Of a DNA stretch of 64,000 nucleotides, positions 49,200-59,807 are shown in pieces. The DNA comes from Methanobacteriota archaeon (GTDB lineage Archaea; Halobacteriota; Bog-38; Methanoflorentales; Methanoflorentaceae): assembly GCA_963720465.1 (NCBI GenBank), contig OY970393.1, positions 1,280,001-1,344,000 on the forward strand, in the 5' to 3' direction. The translations under genes were made by a program, and so were the position numbers. Numbering within the stretch: the first letter of the stretch is position 1; each line of letters begins with the position of its first letter. The notes under the pieces are model-generated. The model was not told where the DNA came from, searched no databases, and saw only the letters and a program-made list of their open reading frames with translations.

Positions 49200-49488
49200 T
49201 GCGAGACCGATCATACGGCCCCGTCGAGGTCAACGGGAGCAAGTTGTACTCGACGCAGCGTTTATCGATGTGATCCTTCAAAACCCCCCAACATTCTTCC
49301 TCCTCTAACGTGCGGCAACCATCGGGGAACAGATGTAATACCCTTATTGATGATGACTGTCTCACGTGATTGCAACACGTCGTTGCCAGCGAAGATATTG
49401 CTACAAAGCGGCAACCGTAATTAGCGCGATGGGTGCCGGAAAGCGCGCTGCGCGCGCGATAGAGATATTCCTAAAGCAGGATCCGTGA
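49200..49488 (+). pseudogene. 3' relic of an NfnB/SudA/GltD-like flavoprotein gene
   Basis: PVEVNGS.. / ..TLIDDDCLT*LQHVVASEDIAT / AATVISAMGAGKRAARAIEIFL (49408-49488). Confidence 0.8.
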
Positions 49489-49626
49489 GGGTTATAACAG
49501 CCCAAAAAAAGACTGAAGGCAGTGCTTTCGAGATAAAGCGCCTGAACTGACTTACCTTGCAGAAAATATTTAATTAATCAACGGGATACTATCAACCATA
49601 AGTACATACGGAGTGTTTTTTTAAAA

Positions 49627-51561
49627 GTGTCACAAGCGGAAGAAGTTAGCACCGACACGGAAGCACCAGCAGTTGAGCACAAAGCGTCAGCTTTGCTTGG
49701 CGGCATGGACATAACTGTCACCGACGAGATCGCTGTCCCTCCAATGCTTGTCGACCAGGTGATTGGACAGGAACAAGCCGTTGAGGTGATCAAAAAGGCG
49801 GCCAAGCAGCGCAGGCACGTCATGCTGATCGGCTCTCCAGGCACGGGGAAGTCAATGCTCGCCCGGGCCATGGCAGAACTCCTCCCCAAAGAAGAGCTGC
49901 AGGACATCCTCGTATATCACAACCCGGAGGATGGCAACAGCCCTAAAGTGCGCGTCGTGCCGGCAGGGAAAGGGCGGCAAATCGTCGACTCGCACAAACG
50001 GGAAGCACAAAAGAAGATCCAGTTCAGGAATATGCTTTCGATGGTGATTGTTTTCGCAATCGTCGGTTATTCTTTTGCGATCAACCAACCGATAATGGGT
50101 ATCATCGCCGCTGCTATGCTTTTCATCGCGCTGCGCTACATTACGCCCCGTGAAGACGTGTTGATACCGAAGCTCCTCGTTATGAACGGTGGCAAAGAGA
50201 TCGCCCCCTATATCGACGGAACCGGAGCGCACGCGGGGGCGCTTTTGGGCGACGTGCGACACGATCCGTTTCAATCAGGAGGACTTGAGACGCCGGCGCA
50301 CGACCGGGTCGAGGCAGGAGCTATTCACAAGGCGAACAAAGGCGTTCTTTTCATCGACGAAATCAATACGCTCAGAATTGAATCGCAACAACAGCTCCTT
50401 ACGGCGCTACAAGAGGGGGAGTTTCCCATCACCGGCCAATCCGAGCGCTCGAGTGGCGCCATGGTAAAAACGACCCCGGTGCCGTGCAATTTCGTGATGA
50501 TCGCTGCCGGAAATCTCGACGCCGTGAAGGGCATGCACCCCGCTCTACGCTCGCGTATCCGCGGCTATGGCTACGAAGTGTACATGCGCGATTCTATGAC
50601 GGATACGCCAGAAAATCGTCGAAAAATAGTCCGGTTCGTGGCTCAAGAGGTGAAAAAGGACGAGAAGATTCCCCACTTCACTGCCGATGCTGTCGAAGAA
50701 ATAATCCGTGAGGCACGCCGACGATCAGGGAGGAAAGGGCATATCACCTTGATGCTGCGAGATCTCGGCGGCTTGATCCGCGTCGCGGGGGACGTCGCTC
50801 GGTCCGAAGCGTCTGAATACACGACCGCGAAACACGTTATCGCAGCCAAGAAGATGGCGCGGTCGGTCGAACAGCAGCTTACAGATCAATATCTCGAGCG
50901 CCGGCGCGACTATCAGATGTTTCGAAATACCGGCGCCGAGGTGGGCCGCGTAAACGGCCTCGCGGTGATGGGTGATGATTCGGGCGTCGTGCTGCCCATC
51001 GTGGCGGAAATCACCCCTGCGCAGTCAAAGGAGGAGGGCCGCGTAATCGCGACCGGCCTGCTTAAAGAGATCGCCCTTGAGGCAGTGCAAAACGTCTCGG
51101 CGCTCATCAAGAAGTTTTCAGGCGAAGACATCACCAACAAAGACGTGCACATCCAGTTCATCGGTACCTATGAGGGCGTCGAAGGGGACTCGGCCTCAAT
51201 TTCAATCGCCACCGCCGTGATCTCCGCGCTTGAAAACGTTCCGGTTGACCAATCCGTTGCGATGACCGGATCCCTTTCGGTCCGGGGAGAGGTTCTGCCC
51301 GTTGGAGGGGTCACGCCCAAGGTGGAAGCAGCTGCTAAGGCGGGCATCACGCGCATACTCATTCCGAAAGACAACGAAGGCGACGTCATGCTCGAGAAGC
51401 ACTACAAAGACACGGTGCAAATAATCCCCGTTAGCTCTATCGGCGAGGTTCTCGAAAACAGCCTGCTCGGCCGAAAGCGCGACGGCTTGCTCGAGCACCT
51501 CAAGAAATTTGCCATAAATTCACACGATCTGGCGGGCCTTCCGAGCGCGGTCCCGCAGTAA
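49627..51561 (+). CDS. lonB: Archaeal membrane-bound Lon protease
   Basis: GSPGTGKS, TM insert, GDVRHDP, FIDE, GVEGDSAS, MTGSLS..PVGGVT.K. Confidence 0.96.
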   Translation: MSQAEEVSTDTEAPAVEHKASALLGGMDITVTDEIAVPPMLVDQVIGQEQAVEVIKKAAKQRRHVMLIGSPGTGKSMLARAMAELLPKEELQDILVYHNPEDGNSPKVRVVPAGKGRQIVDSHKREAQKKIQFRNMLSMVIVFAIVGYSFAINQPIMGIIAAAMLFIALRYITPREDVLIPKLLVMNGGKEIAPYIDGTGAHAGALLGDVRHDPFQSGGLETPAHDRVEAGAIHKANKGVLFIDEINTLRIESQQQLLTALQEGEFPITGQSERSSGAMVKTTPVPCNFVMIAAGNLDAVKGMHPALRSRIRGYGYEVYMRDSMTDTPENRRKIVRFVAQEVKKDEKIPHFTADAVEEIIREARRRSGRKGHITLMLRDLGGLIRVAGDVARSEASEYTTAKHVIAAKKMARSVEQQLTDQYLERRRDYQMFRNTGAEVGRVNGLAVMGDDSGVVLPIVAEITPAQSKEEGRVIATGLLKEIALEAVQNVSALIKKFSGEDITNKDVHIQFIGTYEGVEGDSASISIATAVISALENVPVDQSVAMTGSLSVRGEVLPVGGVTPKVEAAAKAGITRILIPKDNEGDVMLEKHYKDTVQIIPVSSIGEVLENSLLGRKRDGLLEHLKKFAINSHDLAGLPSAVPQ

Positions 51562-51562
51562 C

Positions 51563-51569
51563 TTTTTTT
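51563..51569 (+). terminator. Oligo-T archaeal terminator candidate
   Basis: T7 immediately after the lonB stop. Confidence 0.4.
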
Positions 51570-51609
51570 GCGCCCCATTTCACACCGACGGTGACTGAGA
51601 CCATATAGC

Positions 51610-52584
51610 ATGCGCGAAGAAAGATCGCCACAGTATCTCAGGGCGCGAACGATAGAGACAAACGCCGATCTAAGCGCTCCCACTGAGGAGCTGTGGCGCA
51701 TTCACGACTATTTTGCCACAGGCGAGCAAAAGGAAACCGCCGTCACAACCGCATCCCTCCTCGATCTGAAGATCGAAATAGCGCAGCGTATTTGTGGTGA
51801 CTGCCACTTCTGCGAACGCCGGTGCCACACCAACAGAGCAGAGAGACTTGGATTTTGCGGCGTCCAGCGATCGAAATATTCATCTGAATTCCTTCATTAT
51901 GGTGAGGAACGTGAGCTTGTGCCATCGCACACGATTTTTTTCACGGGCTGCACGTTTAAGTGCGCCTTCTGCCAAAACTGGGATATCGCCCGACATCCTG
52001 AGGCAGGTGCGATCGCTGATGCAGATGCGCTTGCACGGCGAATCTACGCACGATCAATCGCTGGAGCGCGCAACGTGAACTGGGTTGGGGGAGATCCCAC
52101 CCCGCATATCGGTACTATTCTGAAAACCATGCGTGCTCTCACCGACCTCGAACAAGAAACGGAGGTCGATGCACGATTCTTGAACGTGCCGATGGTCTTT
52201 AACTCCAACACCTACTACTCCACAGAAGCCGCCAAGCTTCTTGATGGCGTGATCGACGTCTATTTGAGCGATTTCAAATACGGCAACGACCGCTGCGCGA
52301 AACGGTACTCACACGTTGATAACTACGCAGAAACCGTTACGCGAAACCTGCTCGCATCGCAAGACAGGCTTATAATACGCCATCTCGTAATGCCTGGACA
52401 CGTTCAGTGCTGCACAGAGCCGATCGTCGCGTGGGTCCGCGAAGCCATGTGCGACGTCAAGTTCAACTTGATGTTCCAGTACACACCACATAACGTCACC
52501 GATTACCCTGAAATCAATCGCTTCGTCAGCGATGCAGAGCGGCGCGAAGCGACGAACATCGCAAAGGGCTTAAATCTCATCTGA
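51610..52584 (+). CDS. Radical SAM protein (PflX-like)
   Basis: CHFCERRC, HYGEE, CTFKCAFCQN.DI, VGGDPT, DFKYGN, RHLVMPGH. Confidence 0.9.
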   Translation: MREERSPQYLRARTIETNADLSAPTEELWRIHDYFATGEQKETAVTTASLLDLKIEIAQRICGDCHFCERRCHTNRAERLGFCGVQRSKYSSEFLHYGEERELVPSHTIFFTGCTFKCAFCQNWDIARHPEAGAIADADALARRIYARSIAGARNVNWVGGDPTPHIGTILKTMRALTDLEQETEVDARFLNVPMVFNSNTYYSTEAAKLLDGVIDVYLSDFKYGNDRCAKRYSHVDNYAETVTRNLLASQDRLIIRHLVMPGHVQCCTEPIVAWVREAMCDVKFNLMFQYTPHNVTDYPEINRFVSDAERREATNIAKGLNLI

Positions 52585-52598
52585 CGTAATCTTTGACC

Positions 52599-53363
52599 AT
52601 GGGGATCATAACCCTCATTTCTGACTTTGGGACGTTCTATCCCGCCGTAATGAAAGCCGTCATCCTCGGCATAGCCCCGCACGCCACTATCGTCGACGTA
52701 ACTCACGACATTTCGCCCCAGAACGTGCGCGAGGCGGCGTTCATCCTCCGAGAGACGGTCAAGTACTTCCCTCGAGGCACAACGCACATCGCCGTCGTCG
52801 ATCCGACGGTGGGAACGAACAGACGCGCCTTAGTCATCGAAGCTGGAGGGCGCTACCTCGTTGGCCCCGATAACGGGCTTCTGATTCCTGCGGCGCGCTC
52901 TCTAGGCGATTTTGAAGCGATGTGCATCCAAGTGGCGGCCAAGTCAAGCACGTTTCACGGGAGGGACGTCTTCGCCCCGGTGGGAGCACATATCTCTATT
53001 GGGCGGCTGCGAAACCTTGAGCCCGCGCCCGCGCAAGTGGACCTTGAACTGCAAGACCCGCAGGTGTCTGAGCACACCGTTAGCGGCACCGTCGTCTACG
53101 TCGACCGGTTTGGGAACTGCGTGACGAATATCAGCGGGATCCTTATGATACGACGATCAGGCTATGGCAGCACGCACCTTCTCAACGATTCCGTCGCGGT
53201 ACAGTTTGTGAGAACGTACGACGAAGTAGCTCACGGACACCCCTTGTTGACCGTTGGAAGCTTCGATTTGGTGGAGGTGTCCATCAACCAAGGCGATGCT
53301 GCCACAGAGCTTGATCTTAATTCAGGTGACACGCTTAAGCTCGATCGAGTGAGACGAACGTGA
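52599..53363 (+). CDS. SAM hydroxide adenosyltransferase / chlorinase-like (DUF62)
   Basis: ITLISDFG, VVDPTVGT.R, GPDNG, TFHGRDVF, DRFGN. Confidence 0.92.
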   Translation: MGIITLISDFGTFYPAVMKAVILGIAPHATIVDVTHDISPQNVREAAFILRETVKYFPRGTTHIAVVDPTVGTNRRALVIEAGGRYLVGPDNGLLIPAARSLGDFEAMCIQVAAKSSTFHGRDVFAPVGAHISIGRLRNLEPAPAQVDLELQDPQVSEHTVSGTVVYVDRFGNCVTNISGILMIRRSGYGSTHLLNDSVAVQFVRTYDEVAHGHPLLTVGSFDLVEVSINQGDAATELDLNSGDTLKLDRVRRT

Positions 53364-53398
53364 TCCTTGCAAGAAGCAAGGCGCTCTTTCCACGACCG

Positions 53399-53872
53399 TC
53401 ATAACGAGTCCTCTACGCTTCGCGAGCTTTCAAGCAGAAGCAGTTTTCGTTTGATGTCAACGCCCCAAGAAAAGCCCCCAGGGCCGGATGCGGCTACGAC
53501 TCGATGGCAAGGCACAAATAGCGGAACCGGGTTGTGGTGCAGTGCATTGCCTACCGCTCGCGCGGCTTTCGGCTTCCCTAATCGCGCTGCCAATCCTGAG
53601 TAAGTTGCCGTACTCCCCCTTGGTATCCCTCGCACCGATTGCAGTACGGCCCGTTCGAATGCCGAGCGGTTTCCAAGGTTGACCTGGAAGGTGCCAAGGT
53701 CAACGTTCTCTCCTCTCAGGTAGCTTTCAAGTGCCCTTGCAGCTGCTACTGTAGTGCGTGCGTTAAATGAACCCGCTGCCTCGAGCGCAACTTGACAAAC
53801 GACGTCGTCGCTTAGGGCGACGGACACAAATCTACCCAGGTATTCAGAGTAGAAGCACGCGGTTTCAGTCAC
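53399..53872 (-). CDS. ogt: Methylated-DNA-protein-cysteine methyltransferase
   Basis: IPRG...TY, AARAVG, NP...VPCHRVV; probable GTG start 53872. Confidence 0.92.
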   Translation of the reverse strand: MTETACFYSEYLGRFVSVALSDDVVCQVALEAAGSFNARTTVAAARALESYLRGENVDLGTFQVNLGNRSAFERAVLQSVRGIPRGSTATYSGLAARLGKPKAARAVGNALHHNPVPLFVPCHRVVAASGPGGFSWGVDIKRKLLLLESSRSVEDSL

Positions 53873-53877
53873 GGCTG

Positions 53878-54561
53878 TTAGAGGAGGTACCAATCGTAAT
53901 CATACAAAGCCTTTACAAGCGTCCCCAATTGGACGTCTTCGCGAGGATCGACCGCGAGTGAGCGCAACGCATCCTTCAAATCAGCCAAGTATTGCGCGTT
54001 GCTTAAGCTCCCGTACTCAAACCTCCTACCCCGAACCCTACAACGTTCGAGCGTCTCCTCCCGAGGTAGAATGGTGACGCCAAGGTCGGTCATTTCACAA
54101 GCCTGTTGCATGGCTTTCCTAAAATCACCTGTACAATAAGCAACACGGTGGCGGTAGTTTCTGCGCGTCTTTTTTAGATATCGGCAGAGTCGCGCACTTT
54201 CGAGTTCGATAAACTTCTTCTTGACTGATATGACGTCGCAGTCGCCGAGTACGAAATCGTAGTCAGCAAATGGGTACTCGTTATCAAGCTCTCTCGGAGT
54301 GACGCCGCACGTGCCAAATGCGACGATGTGCACTTCTTCTGGCTCCAAAACGCTGAAAATGACTTTGTCGTAATTTTGATGACTTGGACTCGTGTGATAA
54401 GGCTTCACCTTGGCACACGGCACGAAAATCAATACGTCACGCACAGGCGCGACGTACTCACGCAGGACGTACTCATTTGCCCTCACCATGTCAGGATGGA
54501 CAAAGACCTTCTCTCCAACCAGCGACAAGTTTGAGCGTTCTGATTCAGGGATTATCATCAT
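53878..54561 (-). CDS. DUF5591-domain protein (archaeosine synthase ArcS-related)
   Basis: FVPCAKVKPY..SPSH, GV.PREL..YPF..YD. Confidence 0.75.
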   Translation of the reverse strand: MMIIPESERSNLSLVGEKVFVHPDMVRANEYVLREYVAPVRDVLIFVPCAKVKPYHTSPSHQNYDKVIFSVLEPEEVHIVAFGTCGVTPRELDNEYPFADYDFVLGDCDVISVKKKFIELESARLCRYLKKTRRNYRHRVAYCTGDFRKAMQQACEMTDLGVTILPREETLERCRVRGRRFEYGSLSNAQYLADLKDALRSLAVDPREDVQLGTLVKALYDYDWYLL

Positions 54562-54587
54562 CAGCGCGGTGGCCAGCACTCAACAGC

Positions 54588-55169
54588 CTACAAAAGGCTC
54601 AGGCTTTTGAGTTCCTTAACAATTCGATCAACCGCATTAGCCGCGTCTTCGGGCTTTCGACCGCCAGTGACTACCAGTTTGCCGGAACCAAACAAAAGAA
54701 CCACGACTTTAGGATCTGATAAACGGTACACGAGGCCCGGAAACTGTTCAGGCTCGTACTCTATATTCTCTAGCCCAAGCCCTATAGCAATCGCGTTCAA
54801 ATTCAACACTGAGTGAAGATCTGCTGACGCAACGATGTTCTGGACTTTGATCTCTGGCGTTCCCTTCACTTCGATTCCAATATTGCGAAGACTTTGGAAT
54901 ACGTTTTCAAGGCCCTTATAAACGTCATCGATGCTTTTTGCGCCCGTACAGACAATTTTTCCCGATCGGAAAATTAACGCGGCGGTCTTCGGGTCCTTGG
55001 TCCGGTAGACGAGGCCCGGAAACTGTTCGGGGTCATAATCTGCGCCCTCTAACGCAAGCGTGATTTGCTTGAGGTTTATCTCTATTCCGATGCCGGTTGA
55101 GGCTACCACATTTTCGATCTTAATAGTGTCTCGCGGTTCGATATTACTAGTGTCTCGTGGTTCGACCAT
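54588..55169 (-). CDS. tbp: TATA-binding protein
   Basis: Two TBP repeats: [33 protein letters not shown]; [22 protein letters not shown]. Confidence 0.98.
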   Translation of the reverse strand: MVEPRDTSNIEPRDTIKIENVVASTGIGIEINLKQITLALEGADYDPEQFPGLVYRTKDPKTAALIFRSGKIVCTGAKSIDDVYKGLENVFQSLRNIGIEVKGTPEIKVQNIVASADLHSVLNLNAIAIGLGLENIEYEPEQFPGLVYRLSDPKVVVLLFGSGKLVVTGGRKPEDAANAVDRIVKELKSLSLL

Positions 55170-55505
55170 ACGCTTTCGCCCCCGTTCTTTGTTGCTTTAT
55201 AAAGGCTTTTTATATATAACGTTAAGGGGCTGTCGTTGATGTTCTGAAAGCAATCCGCCTGAAAATCTGGGGCGCTTCGCAATTACGCGAGCACAGCAAT
55301 TTTATCTACCCGGTGGCCATAGCATATATCCTCGCATGGCACCTACGCACCGTGCTCATCACAAATTTGTCGGACGGTGATTGACGGCGACTTAGACATT
55401 CGCAGCCCGCGAGTGGACCATGAACCAGCGATTGCGGCCCAATCAGAGTGGTGGGCCAGCGGCAAGTCGGCCTTTGGGAGCTTGCAGATATGACCTGAGC
55501 ACGAC

Positions 55506-56486
55506 ATGAAACTTGCATTTGAGCTATCTGGAGAGAGCAAAAGCATTCCACGAGCAGAGGTGCTCGCACTTTTCAACGGTGCCCTAGTACGAGAGCTTGA
55601 GCGCGTTCTCGTGATTGATGTCGATGCCTATGACCAGGCTCTCGGTGACCGCTTAGCGATGACGCACGCGATACTCGAGGTTAAGGACGTGTGTTCACAA
55701 GAGCTCGGATCCATCTACCGAGCAGCCGGAAGCATTGAGCTACCTCGGGTCAGCGTCGCGGTGCGGGCTAAGCGCATTGGACACGGCGTGAAAAGCACAG
55801 AGGTCGAGGCTACGATCGGAAAGGCGCTTGCTGAGCGCGGATACAAAATCGACCTTACCCATCCGCAGCTTCAAGTGAGAGCTCTGCTCAGCCAAGGCGT
55901 TTGCATAATCGGGGCAACATTAGCGTTGATCGATCGCTCTCGCTTCGAATCGAGGCGCCCGCGTGTGCGGCCCTATTTCTATCCCGGCGTGCTCCTGCCG
56001 CGGTTCGCCCGAGCCGCTGTAAACCTCACAGGTGTCAAAGCTGAAGGGCTATTGTTAGACCCTTTCTGCGGCACAGGAGGAATACTGCTGGAAGCTGGTC
56101 TCCTCGGGGCAACAATCATGGGGTCAGATGTCGACGGCAGGATGGTTTTTGGAACGAAGATGAACCTCGACTACTATGACGTTCTGAGTGATCTGCTGGT
56201 CCAAGATGCTCGACGATTGGGTCTAAGGGACGAATGTGTGGACGCTGTCGCAACCGATCTACCATATGGCCGTTCCGTAAGTGTCCGAGCCCATTCGCTT
56301 AATCAACTGAAGGCCGCGGCCTTAAGCGAAATTTTTCGCGTGCTAAAACGTAACGCGCGGGCCGTTTTGATATCCCATAGCCCGTTTGAGCACGAGGTCA
56401 CGGATGCTGGTTTCGCGATCGAAGGACGCCACACGCAATACGTGCATAAAAGTCTAACAAGAGAAATCGTCATAGCGCGTAAATGA
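55506..56486 (+). CDS. trm11: tRNA (guanine-10-N2) methyltransferase, THUMP + Rossmann
   Basis: FELSGE, RP..RPYF.PG, DPFCGTGG, TDLPYGR, YVHKSLTR. Confidence 0.88.
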   Translation: MKLAFELSGESKSIPRAEVLALFNGALVRELERVLVIDVDAYDQALGDRLAMTHAILEVKDVCSQELGSIYRAAGSIELPRVSVAVRAKRIGHGVKSTEVEATIGKALAERGYKIDLTHPQLQVRALLSQGVCIIGATLALIDRSRFESRRPRVRPYFYPGVLLPRFARAAVNLTGVKAEGLLLDPFCGTGGILLEAGLLGATIMGSDVDGRMVFGTKMNLDYYDVLSDLLVQDARRLGLRDECVDAVATDLPYGRSVSVRAHSLNQLKAAALSEIFRVLKRNARAVLISHSPFEHEVTDAGFAIEGRHTQYVHKSLTREIVIARK

Positions 56487-56672
56487 TGGCTAAGCGCCTT
56501 GCCAGCGCAGAGCCCCAGTCCGGTTCGTTACTGGCGGCGGAGCGGCCACATCAAGCGTCTGGGGCTAAAAAAAATCCTGCAACAATTTTCGGCAGGAACA
56601 CGAGCTCATCTGCACGTTCCAAAGAACCACCGAGCGAACAGAGTGCAATCTCGAGCAAGCGTAGATTTGGAG

Positions 56673-56957
56673 CTACACGCGATGCATATAGCGGAAAATA
56701 TCTTCGTGCTGGGCGGTGATTCTCACACCTTGGGAGGCACCAACAGCGTCAAGTCCTCTTTTTAGGTCTTCGAAGTTCGCCGGGCCGATGTTGACGATCA
56801 TAATCATCGTAAACAGCTCGGACACGATAGTCTGGCTGATATCCTCGATGTTGGCATTGACGCTCGCGAGCAGATTGGTGACGGCCGCTACGATGCCGGG
56901 ATGATCAGAGCCGGTCACCGTTACGATGATCCGCGCGTTGCGCGATGGGGGTGCCAC
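56673..56957 (-). CDS. ACT domain protein (UPF0237)
   Basis: [20 protein letters not shown]...FTM.M, QHEDIF.YMHR. Confidence 0.9.
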   Translation of the reverse strand: MAPPSRNARIIVTVTGSDHPGIVAAVTNLLASVNANIEDISQTIVSELFTMIMIVNIGPANFEDLKRGLDAVGASQGVRITAQHEDIFRYMHRV

Positions 56958-56969
56958 GCTTCGACCTCC

Positions 56970-58964
56970 TTATCTAATTCTGGTGCCCGAAGGCATCCTT
57001 CTTGCCGGTCGAATGAGCACGGACTGACCGTCGTTCTCAGCGACGAGCAGCATGCCGCGAGATTCAATGCCCATCAACTTCACTGGCTGCAGATTGACAA
57101 GCACGACGACATCAGTGCCAATCAAGTCCTCAGGCGCGTAGTCTTTAGCGATTCCCGCCACAATCTGCCGGGTCTCTTCGCCCACTTGTGCTGTAATTTT
57201 CAAGAGCTTATCGGATTCTTGGACTGGTTCGGCTTCGACTATGCGGGCGATCCTCAGATCCATTTTCTTGAAGTCGTCAAGCTTGATGACCGCCTCCCCC
57301 GTACTCGGCTCCTTGGCGGGAGCTTTATGATCCGCCCTGGCGATTCTTTCGTTTAGTATAGCCTCCATTGCACCGATCTTCTTCTCATCGATCTTGGCGA
57401 ATGGCAGCGCCGGCTTGGGAAGACGCAACGGTTCAACTTCCACCGTGGCGTCGTAAAAATACGTCGTAGTCAGGCCAAGCTGCGCTTGAACGCTACGCAT
57501 CGTCGATGGCATGACCGGCTCCAACAACACGGACAAGGCTTTCACAAGCTGTATGCAGTTCTTGAGTTCGCGTGCGCACGCCGTCCTGTCGGATTTCACT
57601 AGATTCCAGAGCTCTTTTGACTGGAAATACGCGTTGCCGAAGTCTGAGAGCGACATCGCCGCGTCGACGACCTTCTTAAACTCATACTCCTTCAGTGCAC
57701 TCACCATCTTCTCGCGCGTGTCGGCTACGCGCTCCATTATCTCAGCGTCGACGGGACCTTCAGGTACGCGCCCGAAGTTTTTGTACGCGAAGTGTAGGGT
57801 GCGATAGATGAAGTTACCTAGCGACCCAACGAGTTCACGGTTGACCTTCTCACCAAAGACTTGCCACGAGAAATTCAGCTCCTTCGTGTGTGATGTATAG
57901 CTGGCGAGGTAAAAGCGAAGTAAATCGGGATGAAACCCGTGGTCAAGGTAATCTTCATCTACCCAAACCACAAACCCGCGACTTTTTGAGAACGTCTTGC
58001 CGTCGACCTTGACCATTCCCGACGCGACGATAGCCGCCGGCAAGGTGTAGCTCGCTCCTTTTAGCAGCGCCGGCCAGAAGATGGCGTGCTGGTAGATGAT
58101 GTCGGTGCCGATGAAGTGAATTATGTTCGAATCGCTCTTCCAGTAGTCTTCCCAGGCGCTTGTCGCTTCCTCGGTAAATGAGATATACCCTATCGGCGCG
58201 TCAACCCACACGTAGACCACCAGATCCGTTCCGGGAAATGTAACGCCCCACCCCAGGTTTCGCGTAATACACCAGTCTTTCAGTTCGTTGCTGACCCATT
58301 CGCGCGCATAGTTGCGGGCGTTGGCCGTCCCTCCGAGCGATTCGAGGTACGCTAACAAGAAGTCCTTGAACGCGGAGAGCCTGAAGAAGTAGTGCTGCTC
58401 TTCCCGATACTCCGCACTGGCCCCACACGTTTTACACGTCGGATCGACAATTTCCCCCGGTTCGAGATGGCGCCCACACCCTTGATCACACTCGTCCCCG
58501 CGCGCCGGCATGCCGCAAAAAAAGCACGCTCCCTCGACGTAACGATCCGGTAGAAAACGATCGCATTCGGGACAGTAAGCCAATCGTATGACCAGCGGGT
58601 ATATGCAGCCGTTTGCTTGGAGCGATTTGACGATTTCCTGCGTTCTGAAGTGATTTGTGGGAGCATCGGTATTCCCATAATGGCTAAAGTCAACTGACAG
58701 AGCCTTAAACGTGTCCTCCCAGTAGCGGTGATAATACGCGGCAAGCTTGGCTGGCGTCGTTCCTTGCTGTTCAGCGTTAATCACGATGGGAGTTCCGTGT
58801 GTGTCCGAACCGCACACAAAGAGCGGGTCCTGTTGGAGCTTCTTAAGGCACCGAACATAAATGTCCGCCGGGATGTACGTCCTGAGGTGACCGATATGGC
58901 ACGGCCCGTTCGCGTAAGGCAGGCCGCATGTGATTAGAAGCGGTTTGTTCGAAAGCGATGTCAT
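56970..58964 (-). CDS. metG: Methionyl-tRNA synthetase with C-terminal tRNA-binding domain
   Basis: PYANG..HIGH, zinc knuckles, YVWVDA, FSKSRG, C-terminal SDKL..IVAGI..SRGM. Confidence 0.97.
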   Translation of the reverse strand: MTSLSNKPLLITCGLPYANGPCHIGHLRTYIPADIYVRCLKKLQQDPLFVCGSDTHGTPIVINAEQQGTTPAKLAAYYHRYWEDTFKALSVDFSHYGNTDAPTNHFRTQEIVKSLQANGCIYPLVIRLAYCPECDRFLPDRYVEGACFFCGMPARGDECDQGCGRHLEPGEIVDPTCKTCGASAEYREEQHYFFRLSAFKDFLLAYLESLGGTANARNYAREWVSNELKDWCITRNLGWGVTFPGTDLVVYVWVDAPIGYISFTEEATSAWEDYWKSDSNIIHFIGTDIIYQHAIFWPALLKGASYTLPAAIVASGMVKVDGKTFSKSRGFVVWVDEDYLDHGFHPDLLRFYLASYTSHTKELNFSWQVFGEKVNRELVGSLGNFIYRTLHFAYKNFGRVPEGPVDAEIMERVADTREKMVSALKEYEFKKVVDAAMSLSDFGNAYFQSKELWNLVKSDRTACARELKNCIQLVKALSVLLEPVMPSTMRSVQAQLGLTTTYFYDATVEVEPLRLPKPALPFAKIDEKKIGAMEAILNERIARADHKAPAKEPSTGEAVIKLDDFKKMDLRIARIVEAEPVQESDKLLKITAQVGEETRQIVAGIAKDYAPEDLIGTDVVVLVNLQPVKLMGIESRGMLLVAENDGQSVLIRPARRMPSGTRIR

Positions 58965-59330
58965 TTTGAAGTCCTCGTAGCGCGAGATCGCATTTCGGCA
59001 TCCATAGCTTACGCCGGACTCACCTTAAAACGCCTCCGGAGTGTACCACGTCGGAGCTGCGTTTCGTGACGCCAAGCCGATTCTGCGAAACGGGCTTCAC
59101 AATGCATTGTGATAGTGGCTACCTATTTTAACTCTTCGAGAGCTGCACTCTTTTCTGTCAGTCTCAGAACCTCACAGTTTGGACGTGGGGCTCCCCGCGA
59201 CCAAGCACACGTGTATCGTTCGAACCGAGGCACCTCAAGGCAAGTCACGGTTAAAAAGGCTTAAATCTTGACAACCCGTGATCATTGTGCAAAGGATTCG
59301 TGTGAATTGACGACGGAAAGGAGGCCTTTT

Positions 59331-59807
59331 ATGAGTGAAGAAGAGTCTTGTCAAACGTGTGGCGCCCCGCTACCACTTAATGCGCAGTTCTGTGTTCAAT
59401 GTGGAACCCGTGTAAATAAGAACGCCCCAGCAGCTGGTGCAAGTGCGGGGTCACCGATGCCAGCCTCACCCATTACCATAGACGGGGTTCTGGTCGTAAG
59501 TTCAAATTGGATCCCAGGATACACGATCATAGAAACACGAGGATTCATCTACGGCCTTACGGTGCGGAGCAGGGGACTTGGAAGAAATATTACAGCAGGA
59601 TTGCGGTCTCTCGCAGGAGGAGAGATTCGCGAGTACGTCGAGATGATGCAGCACGCTAGAGATGAGGCACTATACCGCCTGGTGGAGCACGCGAAAGCAG
59701 TCGGTGCCAATGCCATAATAAGCGCCTATTTTGATTCGTCGGAAATTTCTGACTATATGCAGGAGATCTTGGCATACGGAACGGCTGTGGTGATTGGGAA
59801 TAAATAA
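59331..59807 (+). CDS. Zinc ribbon + YbjQ (UPF0145) family protein
   Basis: CQTCG..FCVQCG, then GGEI.EY..ARDEA..GANA..AYGTAV. Confidence 0.88.
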   Translation: MSEEESCQTCGAPLPLNAQFCVQCGTRVNKNAPAAGASAGSPMPASPITIDGVLVVSSNWIPGYTIIETRGFIYGLTVRSRGLGRNITAGLRSLAGGEIREYVEMMQHARDEALYRLVEHAKAVGANAIISAYFDSSEISDYMQEILAYGTAVVIGNK

